64,000 nt of DNA from Octopus sinensis (lineage: Eukaryota), in the NCBI RefSeq assembly GCF_006345805.1, contig NC_042998.1, positions 136,772,001-136,836,000 of the forward strand, given 5' to 3'. The first letter of the stretch is position 1. Each line of letters opens with the position of its first letter. Both the position numbers and the translations under genes were made by a program. A model generated the notes under the pieces. That model was not told where the DNA came from. It saw only the letters and a list, made by a program, of their open reading frames with translations, and ran no database searches. This document shows, piece after piece, positions 39,150 to 51,632 of the stretch.

Positions 39150-39719
39150 AAAGAAATAAGAACCCACAATACGGTAGAAGCCATAGCCACTTATAATAAA
39201 AGGAATACTTGTAGAATGTACCAGTGAAAACCTCAATAGAATGTAAGCAAAGTAGACCTAATATAATGATTTGGGATAGAGAAAAGAAACTGTTCATAGT
39301 TGTGGAAATTAGCTGCCCATAAAGCAAAAGACCAGTGAAAAAGAGAACACCAATGCTGAACTATTGAGAAATCTGCAGTTACTCTATCCAGATTACAAAT
39401 TCAGGTTTATACCTGTAATTATTGGAGCCCTGGGATATGTAACACACTGCCTAAATACAAATCTTGAGAAATTAGGCTTCTCAAAACAATAAAGGAGAAA
39501 GCTAATTCGAAGACTACAGATCCAATCCATCACTGGAACTGTAAAAATCTGTGAAACTTTCCAGAAGTTTATCATTTGATTATATATGAGCATGTCTAGA
39601 TATGTAACTATATGCATGGCAAAACATACATAAGACATACAAAACTGCACATACATACATACATACATACATACATACATACATACATACATACATACAT
39701 ACATACATACATACATACA
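39150..39719 (+). mobile_element. R4/Dong-clade LINE copy A, 5'-truncated: endonuclease end, 3'UTR part 1, (ATAC)n
   Basis: PNIMIWDREKKLFIVVEISC (restriction-like endonuclease PD..D/E), LLRNLQLLYPDYKFRFIPVIIGALGYVTHCL, then UTR and (ATAC)n 39649-39719. Confidence 0.88.
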
Positions 39720-40543
39720 CATAAGCGGTTGTCCGAAAATGTCACCATAAGCAGTTGTCCAAAAATGTCATCTACCGATGAGACATGACGTTGTAGCTAG
39801 GAACTCTATAATGAAATCCGTCGGAAGGTTAATCCTAAGGACAAAGAAATATAATTCCGCAATATGGCAGAATCCATAGCCACTGATAATAAAAAGGAAT
39901 ACTGGTGGAATGTGCCAGTGAAGACCTCAATAAAATGTAAGCACAACAGATATAATGAATTGGGATAGAGAAAAAAAAACTGTTCACAGTTGTGGAAATT
40001 AGCTGCTCAACGGATGTTGATATAAAGCTGAAGATGAGTGAAAAAGAGAACACCTATGCTGAACTATTGAGAAAGCTGCAGTTACTCTATCCAGATTACA
40101 AATTCAGGTTTATACCTGTAATTATTGGAGCCCTGGGATATGTAACACACTGCCGAAATAACAATCTTGAGAAATTAGGTTTCTTAAAACCAGAAAGGAG
40201 AAAACTAATTCGAAGATTACACATCAAATCCATTATTGGAAATGTAAAATCTGTAAAACTTTCCAGAAGTTCATCATTTAGATATATATGAGCATATCTA
40301 GATATGTAACTATATGCATGAGAATACATACATAAAACATACAAATCTGCGCATACATACATATATACATACATACATACATACATTCATACATACATAC
40401 ATACATACAATCAAACAAATAAACAGACAAACAAAAATACCCTGTTGTTGATGTTGAAATTCCAATGAAGGAACCTTGGATCTAGGTTAGAAACCGATTC
40501 TTTCTCTATTGGCAAGAAATCTTGAAATAAACTGATTAATGAC
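39720..40543 (+). mobile_element. R4/Dong-clade LINE copy B, 5'-truncated, complete 3' end, nested in copy A
   Basis: Begins in the CCHC-adjacent region with a 26-bp tandem duplication; ORF 39992-40291 EISCSTDVDIKLKMSEKENTYAELLRKLQLLYPDYKF; internal (ATAC)n; 3' tail ending TAATGAC. Confidence 0.88.
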
Positions 40544-40546
40544 ATA

Positions 40547-41491
40547 CGAGGGGTGTCTGAAAAGTCTTGAGCCTCAAAACAACAAAACATAGTACAAGAC
40601 TTCTGATGATGTATTTTTCAACATAGTCCCCTTTGATGGCTGAACACCGTGACAGGGCTGTACGTTATCAAGGTATTCGATCAGTAAGACACATTGAGAA
40701 TTAAAAAAACTGACGCCATGACCTTGCCAGCTGAAGAAATGACCTGGCCTTCTTTGGGGTTGGAGAAAATGTGTGCTTCCACTGCTTTGATTGTTCTTTG
40801 GTTTCAGGCTGGTAGTGATGAACCCAACTTTCGGCCATAGTAGTAAAACGAGCAAGGAAATTCTTTTCATCGGCTTCAAACAGTTCCAGTTTGCTCGTGG
40901 ACAAAGTGCACCTAGTGCGTTTCTGTTCAGTAGTCAAAAGGCGAGGAACCCACCTTGCAGAAACCTTTGAGAACCCAAGTTCTTTTGTTACAATGCTGTC
41001 TGCTCTTTTATTTAAGATGTCCAGTCTCTCAGCTATCTGGCGACATGATATTCGATGATCAATGTTGTCCTCGGTGGTTGCAAGTTGGAGGTCAATGTTG
41101 TCCTCGGTGGTTGCAAGTTGGAGGCCTCCCTGGTGTGGGATCATCTTCCACACTCTCCCTGCCACGCTGGAATTCATTTACCCAGTGTTTGACTGTTGCA
41201 TATGAAGGAGCATTGTCTGTTAAGTTTCACATCATATCTTCATGGATCTCTGGTGGAGTCATGCCTTTCAAATGAAGGTACTTTATGACAGCACGATACT
41301 CAGTTTTCTCCATTTTCCTTGTAACCTCGATACTTGTTTATTCAAAAATCTGTAAATAAAATATTAAAATATCAGAATCATGAAAATGAGCAAGAATACT
41401 CCGAAAAGACTGTACTTACCAGAAAAAATTGTTTCAGCTACCTAGCAGCCCCGTTTCTAGGTTAGGCTCAAAACTTTTCATACACCCCTCG
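40547..41491 (-). mobile_element. Mariner (Tc1/mariner) DNA transposon, internally deleted
   Basis: 28-bp TIRs (40547-40574 and 41464-41491, 2 mismatches), TA TSD on both sides; transposase LGFSKVSARWVPRLLT...FTTMAESWVHHYQPETKEQSKQW and C-terminal GDYVEK; much of the catalytic domain deleted. Confidence 0.96.
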
Positions 41492-41548
41492 TACATACAT
41501 ACATACATACATACATACATACATACATACATACATACATACATACAT

Positions 41549-41660
41549 AAAAAATACCCCGTTGTTGATGTTGAAATTCCAATGAAGGAGTCTTGGATCT
41601 AGGTTAGAAATCGGTTCTTTCTCTATTGACGAGAAATCTTGAAGTCAACAGAATAATGAC
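41549..41660 (+). mobile_element. R4/Dong 3' terminal tail, interpreted as the displaced 3' end of copy A
   Basis: AAAAATACCCCGTTGTTGATGTTGAAATTCC...GAATAATGAC, homologous to 40435-40543 and to the reverse complement of 43798-43908. Confidence 0.85.
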
Positions 41661-43153
41661 ACACACACACATATATAAATTATATGCATGTCTATGCAAG
41701 CATGTAAGCACGAACAAAAGGGGGAAAATACACTCAGTACAGTTGAGGGAAATATATACACATGCGCATACGCGTCTGAGTGTGTATATGTATGTGACTG
41801 CATTTGGATGAATTAAAGCACGCATCTGTGTGTAAATTTCTATACGTAAAACATAGAAATGTGCAAGTTTTAAATTGGTTCTTCTCTAATAACAAAACTA
41901 TATTTGCTCTTTGGTGAAAATCGTTCTTACTCACGACATCATATGCCTTCTTGGTTGAGAATCGACTTCGAAGTTCTTAACCGAGGATGTATTTTCTGTT
42001 CTCTTTCGCTATTTACTATAAATCATTCTAAATTGCTTAAGGCCATATATGCCAAGTATAATGTATTCGTCTTGTAAATGGTACCTACTTTTCCGACAGC
42101 TTCAAATTCTTAAAATGCTCTGTGCATTAAATATTCGAATGTAATTATCAGCAGGGAAACCATTAACTTACATTTTATATCTTTTGTTGTACAATGCTAA
42201 ACTAATGAGCATGCTATTTAATAGGATTCAGTTTTTCTTCTTCAATAACATTATATGACATTTTATATATAAATATCCAGCAGTTTTGATTAAGTTTGAA
42301 CTTACCCAACTCTGACAAGAACAATTTATTCCCTGAGAAGAGGAAATGCCAAAACTACTGAAATTTCCATTCTTGTCAAATTCCTTTTGCTACATATCTT
42401 GGACATATTTAAAGTTTTGGGTGCTATAGCGAAACTTTTTAAAGATAAATCAAAACTGGTTTTAGAACAGTATCTTTTAGTGATGCTGATTTTGAGTTTT
42501 GTGGAATATATATATACGAAATACAGAATATCTTGTTTTCTACCGTGCAGGCACTTATTGAGACTGCACTATGAAAAAAAAAATTGTAGATGGAGTTATG
42601 CGTTATTTGAACGGCACATTTTCACCCAAATTGGGAAAATGAACTGAGTAGTAAATTCAGACCAAATATAACCAAAGTCAGCTATGATAAACTGTGCGGT
42701 TCCTATGAAGCTGTAAATCATAGAGACGGTTTTCTGAGTTGGTTTAAAGGATAGAACAGCCGATAAATGCATATTAATCATTTCCCCCTAAACGTGGTTA
42801 TAGAAGACGTTTCTTGACTGCAGAAAGGAAATCTGTTGGTCATCTGTGAAACATTCATGCAATTGATTCAAGTTTCATTTGGGAAAAAATGAGTGTTGAG
42901 AAACTTAATGAGAGGCGGAATGAAGGAAATATTGTAAACTGTAACAGCGTATTCAATAACGGATGACTATTTTCGGTCCATGATATTCTTAACTGTTGAA
43001 CCTTCCCACCTAAAAATCCTCATGATGACTGATATAATCATATTTGCTGTTCACTTAACAACTAACACTATCTATTTCTGTTTTTGATTTCCGAATAGGA
43101 ATAGAACTTTATATCTTCTTTGTGTAACAAATATTTTCTATATATTCCTTTAG

Positions 43154-43598
43154 GAGCAACAGCAGATTGGTGTTACATCAGTAGGTATGAAGCAAAATGT
43201 GAAAGGACTACAAGGTGATATCGAAACAATTAAAAAAAAGCAAGAAGATCTATTTGACTCAGTTAGAAAACTGTCGCGATCGAGAGACGTTTCACTAAAA
43301 AACTCCAGCTACGGCATGCCGTACGACTCAGTAGCACGAGTCGAATCTGAATTGGCCAATTTCGAAAACAAGATACGTAATTTGCACGCCATCTACAATC
43401 AACTGGATAAAAAAATGAACAGCATAATTAGAACGATAGAGAAAGGAAGGAAAACTATGGTTCACGGGAATGGAAGCATCAATGAAGGAGTAGTGCCTAA
43501 TATGTGGTCAGCTTTCGGCAAATCTGTCGACCAGATAGCTTATCCGTCGACACAAAGAGCAGCTGCAGATACAGTTGAAGATCGTACAGTCCCGAGAG
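43154..43598 (+). CDS. Internal exon (coiled coil plus linker) of a fibrinogen-related (angiopoietin-like/FReD) protein
   Basis: Acceptor tatattcctttAG|GAG (phase 0); open frame EQQQIGVTSVGMKQNVKGLQGDIETIKKKQEDLFDSVRKL...VESELANFENKIRNLHAIYNQLDKKMNSIIRTIE...DRTVPR; donor AG|GTAAGG (phase 1) joins in frame to 48175 giving VPRDCHDIY. Confidence 0.9.
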
Positions 43599-43637
43599 GT
43601 AAGGATTTTAACATATTCAATAAAAGTGCATGGGTGG

Positions 43638-43669
<32 letters not shown>

Positions 43670-43731
43670 GTGTGTATGTGTGTGTGTGCGCGTGTGTGTA
43701 TGTGTGTGTATACATACACACACATACTTAT

Positions 43732-43787
<56 letters not shown>

Positions 43788-43797
43788 TTTTATGTAT

Positions 43798-45813
43798 GTC
43801 ATTATGCAGTTTTATTTCAAGATTTCTTGCCAATAGAGAAAGAACTGGCTTTTAACCTAGATCCAAGGCTCCTTCATTGGAATTTCAACAATATCATCAT
43901 GGTATTTTTGTATGTATGTATGTATGTATGTATGTATGTATGTATGTATGTATGTATGTATGTATGTATGTACGTATGTATATGTGCAGATTTGTATGTT
44001 TTGTTTTATGCATGTATTCTCATGCATCTAGTTTCAAATCTAGAGATGCTCATATATACTTAAATGATAAACTTATGGAAAGTTTTACAGACTTTTACAC
44101 TTCCGGTGATAGATTAGATCTGTAGTCTTCGAATTAGCTTTCTCCTTTATGAGAACCTAATTTCTCATGATTGGTATGTAAGTAGTGTGCTACATATTTC
44201 TGTGCCCCAATAATTACAGATATAAACCTGAACTTGTAATCTGGATAGAGTAGCTGCAAATTTCTCAATAATTCAGTGTAATTTTCTTCTTCGCTGATCT
44301 TTAGCTTTATGTCAACATCTGCTTGGCAGCTGATTTCTACAACAGTACACAATTTCCTTTCTCTATCTGAAACCATTGTCAGGTCTATTGTGTTTATATC
44401 TTACTGAGATCTTCACTGAGACATTCCACCCGTACTCATTTTATTATGAATGACAATGTCTTCCACCATACTGCACGTTCTTATTTATTTGTCCTCGTGT
44501 TTATTCTTCCAAAGGATCTCGTTATTCGCTGTCCTAGCTACAACATCATATCTCATTGGTAGATAATACCGTGATGACATTTTCGGATAATTGCTTATGA
44601 TGTGGACGATATCTTGGGTGTTAAATCCACAAATTCTGAATCCGTTGTCACATTTTGCTGCCTTTCCTGCATCTCTGTTCCCTTTGTGCTTCAGGTATTT
44701 AGTTGATATTTCCTGTTCCTGGATTGCAAATACCTTTCAAAGTGGGAAGCAGTAATCCGGTTGTTGGTCCATGTTAGACTGCTTTGATGATCAATGTTAC
44801 TATTATTTCAGAGCTTTCTACTAACATATGCATGTTCTTGGCATACAGTTTCAAGTTACACACGAAAAAACAGTGTGTCATTTTGGTATTTCTGTTCCTT
44901 TGTGAACCAATGAGATATCCTCCAGACTTTGTAAACATGAATGACAAGGGGTTTACAGAAAGTATAAACAACATCCCAGAGAGGCTGTCCCCTAGGAATA
45001 TGCCTCTGCGATGCTGTATTCTGTCAGTGATAATACAATCACTCCTTGTGTTTAATTTCAAGATGGTAGTGCACGATGAAGTCAGATCAGCTATAGCTTT
45101 GACTATGCTCACTAGAACTTTAGCAAGTCGAAGGACTTCCAGCATCCATGAATGGAGTACAGAGTCAAATGCTTTCTTGTAGTATAGCCACATTGAAACT
45201 AGGTTCCGTCTATGCTCCCGCACATCTGACATTATAGTTTTGTTTATTAACAATTGCTCGGCACATCCCCAGACTCTCTTCTTTCCAGCTGTTTGTACTA
45301 CTGTCCTAGCTGTTTGTACTACTGTGATGATGTTATTGCTTTCACAATGGTCTTGGAGGAAGTTTTAAACATGCTGTATATATCTTATATATAGATGCAA
45401 TTTGCTGGTAGTTTTTTGCCATGTGGGTGGTTCTGCATTTGAAGATCCGTTTTGTGTCTGCTAGAGCTACCCATTTAGGTATGCTACTATTCCCAATAAT
45501 GGTTTGCTGGTACAGGTTGATAATCTATGGTCGGTAGAAGTTTAGCTTCTTGTACCAGTATACAACAAATAAGTCTCTTCCAGCTGCTTTTCCATCCGGA
45601 AGTTTCTGGATTACAATCACAAGGGTATCACCATCAGTGCTGTATGTCTTGGGTGTAATGCAGGGACAATAACTTCGAATTTCTTCGAGACACAGAGCAT
45701 CTTGGTTAAACTCCATCTCTCCGCTCCAAATTTTCCTCCAGAAGGCGTCTATATTTTCTTGTGAAGGAGCTTCTATGATGTTCACTACTTCTCCTCTCAT
45801 GTCTCTGTACACT
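43798..45813 (-). mobile_element. R4/Dong-clade LINE copy D, antisense in the intron, 5'-truncated
   Basis: RT motifs WLYYKKAFDSVLHSW and RRGIFLGDSLS (ORF 44774-45253), endonuclease VVEISC..LLRNLQLLYPDYKF (44134-44376), same UTR-(ATAC)n-tail as copy B; 5' junction lies in the (ATAC)n tract 45814-46018. Confidence 0.9.
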
Positions 45814-46949
45814 GTATGTATGTATGAATGTATGTATGTATGTATGTATGTATGTATGTATGTATGTATGTATGTATGTATGTATGCATGCATGTATGTA
45901 TGTATGTATGTATGTATGTATGTATGTATACATGCATGCATGCATGCATGTATGTATGTATGTATGTATGTATGTATGTATGTATGTATGTATGCATGCA
46001 TGCATGCATGCATGCATGTGACTGCGTTTATCTTCCACCAGCGCTTCACAATCGGTGTTGGTTTATTTACGCCTCCTTAATATAGAGATTCAGCAAAAGA
46101 GTATCAGATTTACAAAAATAAAACCAGATTTACAAAAATGTGTAGTGGACTTGATTTATTCGACATAACCCTTCAGTGTCCCAGTGTGCCCGCTGTCTAA
46201 TGACTGACACAAATAAAAGATAAAATCACAACATGTCTACATTACAAATCTATATTTCAGTGACTAAACACACTTGTATTTGATTATTCAATTATTTGAA
46301 TCATTGTAATTAGCCGTGGTGAATTTTGAATTGGTGACCTGATTTCAATATTTGCTTATAATGGAAACTATGCGAACATCTGCAAAAAAATAAAAATAAA
46401 AACAAAAATAAAAACATGACAATCAAAAATGCTATTTTCATCTCCTGTTAAATCAATAGAGCTATTAATTCATTAATGTTTGTCTAGTGATAGTTAAGAC
46501 AGAAATAGACATTTGATAATTAGAATATATTATCTTAGCTGTAAATGTCATCTACATTGTTCAGCGTAAGGGAAATGCTATTAAGTTAACGGTAGAATTT
46601 ATATGTCTCTATAAAATAATATAAGAAAAGCAATAATGTACACACCTGATTGGGCTTCCCTTACTGGACAGGTTAAATGATGGAGCCCAATCAAATACGG
46701 AAAACCTCTTCCTAGAGGTAAAAACAGATTCGCATAAGGTCATACACCCCTACCCAGAAAAAAGCAAAGTCACAAAAGCATCTATGACAATTCAGACTTA
46801 ACACGACCTGGGAGAGAAAGACCTTCTCTCAGGGAAAGACAGCTTTAAAACGAGAATAGCGAAGAAAAGTTATAGCTTATGACTTATATTCCAAATGGTG
46901 CGAGGGTTTTAGTAGATAAAAGTAAAAGTATAATATATTTATGTTCAAG

Positions 46950-47160
46950 GCGGTGAACTGGCAGAATCGTCAGCACACCAGGCAAAATGCTTAGCGGCAC
47001 TTTTTCCGACTGTACGTTCAAGGTTCAAATGCCGCGAAGTCGACTTTGCCTTTCATTTCTTTCGAGATCGATAAAATAAGCACCAGTTGAGCACTAGGGT
47101 CGATGTAATCAACTCACCCCACCCACGAATATGCTGGCCTTGTGTCAGTATTTAAAACCA
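46950..47160 (+). mobile_element. SINE family 1
   Basis: GGCGGTGAACTGGCAGAATCGTCAGCAC...GTCGACTTTGCCTTTCATTTCTTTCGAGATCGATAAAATAAGCACC. Confidence 0.85.
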
Positions 47161-47835
47161 AAATGTATTTATGTTCTTCGCTATATCAGTGATATCTTGT
47201 GCTGCAATTGTGAGATTCTGCTTTAGTGCCGATAATTTTCCCCATATAATCATAAGATTTACTCCTATTTTTGGTGAGGAAAAGTTTTCTAAAATGTCTT
47301 CTTATACAACGAAATTAGGATTGTCTGAGAAGGTTAGAAATACCAGTTTACATTACTTGCCAAATCTGCACGATATTTTAGAATTTTAATTTTTAAAAAT
47401 AAGAACTCTACTGAATATCATCAAAGCTGGAACTGACTTCTTGCCAATACATATATACCGTCTAATTTACAATTAAAATCTTCATATTGGACAACTTTCT
47501 CACATAATCTACTTCTTGAACATTTTCTGAAAATATCCAAATGATGTTACCGTTTTTTAAAAGACAGTAGAATGTAATTTGAGAAAGATTTAGCTACCAT
47601 CCCAAGCTGGTCAAACGATGACTAGGTGTATAATGTCAAAATCATATAATTGAATAATGCGTTTGTCTTCAAACTTCCATCACATATGACAATATCAAAA
47701 CTAAGGATTACATAATTGTTTAAATGTTAATTATATTACGTTATCTCAAATTCCATTGTTTTTCGACGGTTATTTTAGCTATCGACTTCTATGAAACTGA
47801 AAACTGTATTTTTAACTGTAGATAACCTTAACAAC

Positions 47836-47893
<58 letters not shown>

Positions 47894-48062
47894 TGTGTGT
47901 GTGTGCCTTTGTGCTTGGCCCCTCACCACCTAGCAACTTGAATTGGTCTGCTTACATCTCTGTAACTTAGCAGTTTAGCAAAAGTGACAATAAAGAGAGT
48001 AAGTACTAGATTTAAAATAAGTACGATTAGATCGATTAAATTAGGCGGTACGACAGCATGGA

Positions 48063-48093
<31 letters not shown>

Positions 48094-48174
48094 CACTTGA
48101 AACTGATACACAAAATCAGCCTGTCACATTTGTTACGCTTAAAATTCTTTGACGTATTTTATTTCTTGTTTCAG

Positions 48175-48824
48175 ATTGTCATGACATCTACACTAGTGGT
48201 CAGTACCTGAGCGGATTGTACCAAATCCAACCAAAGAATGCCCAGCAGTTAGATCATGTATATTGCGAAATGATAAATGGAACTGGCTGGACAGTAGTCC
48301 AACGACGACTAGAGGGCCTCACTAACTTCACTCGAGGTTGGTTGGAATATCGCTATGGATTTGGTAACCCTTATGGTGAGTTCTGGCAAGGAAACGATTT
48401 TCTACACTTGATGACGTCACAAAAACAATACATTCTACGTATTGATCTCTGGGACTGGCAAGGAACCCGTCGCTTTGCCGAATACGAATTCTTTGAAGTG
48501 GGATCAGAATGGGATAAATACAAATTGACTATTAGTGCATACCAAGGTGATGCGGGAGATTCCCTGAGTTACCATAACGGCATGGCATTTAGTACTAAAG
48601 ATGCCGATAATGATCTTCACCGTGAACACTGCGCCGCTGAGATGAAATCCGGTTGGTGGTTCAATGGATGCTTTTCCAGCAATCTGAATGGAGTCTATCA
48701 CAAGGGCTGGTACACTAACCGAGGCTCAAGTTTCCCTGATGGTATTGTTTGGTTTACAATGAAAGAATCAGAATATTATTCTGCAAAGAAAGTTGAAATG
48801 AAGTTAAGGCCCAAGTACCTCTAG
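48175..48824 (+). CDS. Terminal exon encoding a complete fibrinogen C-terminal (FReD/FBG) domain
   Basis: Acceptor tttatttcttgtttcAG|AT; DCHDIYTSGQYLSGLYQIQP...VYCEMINGTGWTVVQRR...FTRGWLEYRYGFGNPYGEFWQGNDFLH...GDAGDSLSYHNGMAFSTKDADND...HC...GWWFNGCFSSNLNG...KVEMKLRP; stop TAG 48822-48824. Confidence 0.97.
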
Positions 48825-49161
48825 GCGCCATGATAGCAGAAATTATCGTCTGCCTAGATTGCTAGATGAGTAGATCGTCTGATAATTGTAACGTTGCTTC
48901 TAATTCAATTCAGTTTGTTACTTAATATACTTAGAAAATGTTTCCTTTAATGTGTTTGTCAATATTCAAATAATTTATAAACTCATTGAAAGTGTTGACC
49001 TATTTTTAAAAAGTATTTCGATGAGGATGTACCAGTAGAAATGAGTGTCTATTGTGAATGTCAACTGTTTAAATCTCGGTGTTTATTGACTCTTTTATAT
49101 ATTTTATAATACCTGAAAGTACTTAGAATGAACAATGGTTTAGGTTTATACATATATATGC

Positions 49162-49195
<34 letters not shown>

Positions 49196-49762
49196 TACAT
49201 ATATAGATATAGATGTGTGTATATTCATATATATAGCTGTACATGCATATAAACACGCACGCACGCACGCACACAAACGTACACTCACACACACACCTAT
49301 ATATAATTATACGGGCGTTAGTTCAAGTTTCATGCTCGGGTAGTGTTGTAATATAACATATTTGTATTAAGTTCCGTACATGGTCTGGCAATGATTGATG
49401 CGAATCGTGCAGGGTACGCTATACAAGCGTGTCTCTGCATGAAACTTGAAGTAGCTCATTTACAAGTCCTCTATTTATTAAATGATAATTAACTCTCGAT
49501 GGATTGAGGGCTTTTTGCCGTTCCTTCCGAGAAGCAAACAGTATATTGCACACACATACAAACTATACAGTTCATTTGTAGGGAGATTTAGCAAAATAAT
49601 GAAAACAATTGAAAATAATTCATGTTATATATCTTATTTGCAACAAATTATATAGGTCTCATATATATAGCAAGAATATATGAGATTTCTCAAGATATAC
49701 TCAAAAGCATATATAAAAATCTCAACACATATTTACTAGAAAGCATATATAAATATACATAT

Positions 49763-49975
49763 TACAACAAGAGGCTTCCAAATAGGAAAGCTTTGTGCTA
49801 GAAAGAGCAGTAGAAAACTCAAACCACCAATTAAGGAAAAATTCTCGAAAGGAATGAAAATTAAAAACGTTTACCATCTCAATTAATTTTCATTCCTTTC
49901 GAGAATTTATCCTTAATTGGTGGTTTGAGGCTCTTTCTTGCACAAGGCTTTCCTATTTGGAAGCCTCTTGTTGTA
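49763..49975. repeat. Long inverted repeat, about 93-bp stem, 18-nt loop, 9-nt bulge
   Basis: 49763-49864 pairs with 49883-49975; bulge AGTAGAAAA 49809-49817; three point mismatches. Confidence 0.93.
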
Positions 49976-50659
49976 TTTCTAAGGGAATAATATATGGTCT
50001 AATGACTAATTAGTTTTTTGTGCTAGGCCACTGGTAATAATAATTTCTTATTACCCTATTGTTAAATATACATATTAAGTGAATTTGTGCATATATATAT
50101 ATATGTGTGTGTGTGTGTATATAGATGTTCATGTGTATACATGTGTATTCATTCACACACTAGCACACACGCACACTCACACACACATACACACACACAC
50201 ATGTATATATATATATATATACATATGCATGTATGCACATATATAGCCACTCATATAAAAATATAAATTCATAAACACGTACAAATATACACATACTTAA
50301 ATACATATGCAAATATGAAGTCGTACTGCAAATCAAGCCATATTTTACTAGTATCCTTTATCACCGGGTTTTCTTGCAACGGAAGTTGCGCTGACTCTCT
50401 CATATACACTTACATAGGCAAGCATGCACATACATATTCACACATTGACAATACCTACATAATACATGTTAATTGAAATACTTCATAAAAATGTATATCT
50501 ATGTATTTTCCTCTTAATCAACCGTCTGTAGTATATTCTCATTACATCCTTCATTTACATATATAAATTGTATACATATACTTCCATACATCTATATACA
50601 TATATAAATATCCGTGTTTATGATTGTGTATAGAATATATTAATCAATGAAATTTTAAC

Positions 50660-50837
50660 TAAGTCTGATTTTCACATTGTATTATTTGCAACGTTTACAG
50701 TTTTTCAATATTGAAATAAAGTAGTATTTTCATGCGTTACGCAATGTGATGATTGCCTAACGCATGAAAGTACTAGTTTATTTCAATATTGAAAAATTGT
50801 AAACGTTGCAAATAATAAAACGTGAAAATCAAACTTA
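50660..50837. repeat. Long inverted repeat, about 80-bp stem plus GCAAT/ATTGC apical stem
   Basis: 50660-50739 pairs with 50758-50837; GCAAT-gtgatg-ATTGC closes the apex. Confidence 0.92.
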
Positions 50838-50866
50838 GAATTCTATTGATTAATATACATATATAT

Positions 50867-50945
<79 letters not shown>

Positions 50946-51521
50946 TATATATATATATGAGTGTGTGTGTGTGTGTTATATCTGTATATATATATTATAT
51001 ACATACACACATACACACTTAGACATATATATATTTATATATATGTATGTATGTATATATATATATATATGTATGTATTCATATATATATATAAATATAG
51101 ACACGTATATATATACATGTATATATGTGTAATATATACATATGCATATGTATGTATGTATGAATGTATGTATGAATGTATGTATGTATGTATGAATGTA
51201 TGTATGAATGTATGTATGAATGTTTGTGTATATATATGTATGAATGTATGACTGTGTGTATTTATGTAAGTGAAGGCGAAATGGCAAAATCGTTAGAAAA
51301 TGCTTGGCGATATTTCTTCTGGTCCCTTTGGTTTTAAGTTCGAATCCCACCGAGGTCAATATTGCTTTTAGGGGTTATGAGATAAGTACTGGTCAAGCAC
51401 TGGGTTCGATGGTTTTGAATCCATCCCCAACAAATTGCTAGCTTTATATCTAAATTAGAATACACAGACACTCACCCATGCGTGTATATACATACAGACA
51501 TACAGACAGGCAGACAGACAG

Positions 51522-51554
<33 letters not shown>

Positions 51555-51555
51555 T

Positions 51556-51632
<77 letters not shown>

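Noticed and set aside
43187-43855. The 222-aa ORF as a single CDS
   Set aside because: The coding part ends at the GT donor 43599; the rest is intronic (TA)/(GT) repeat read-through.
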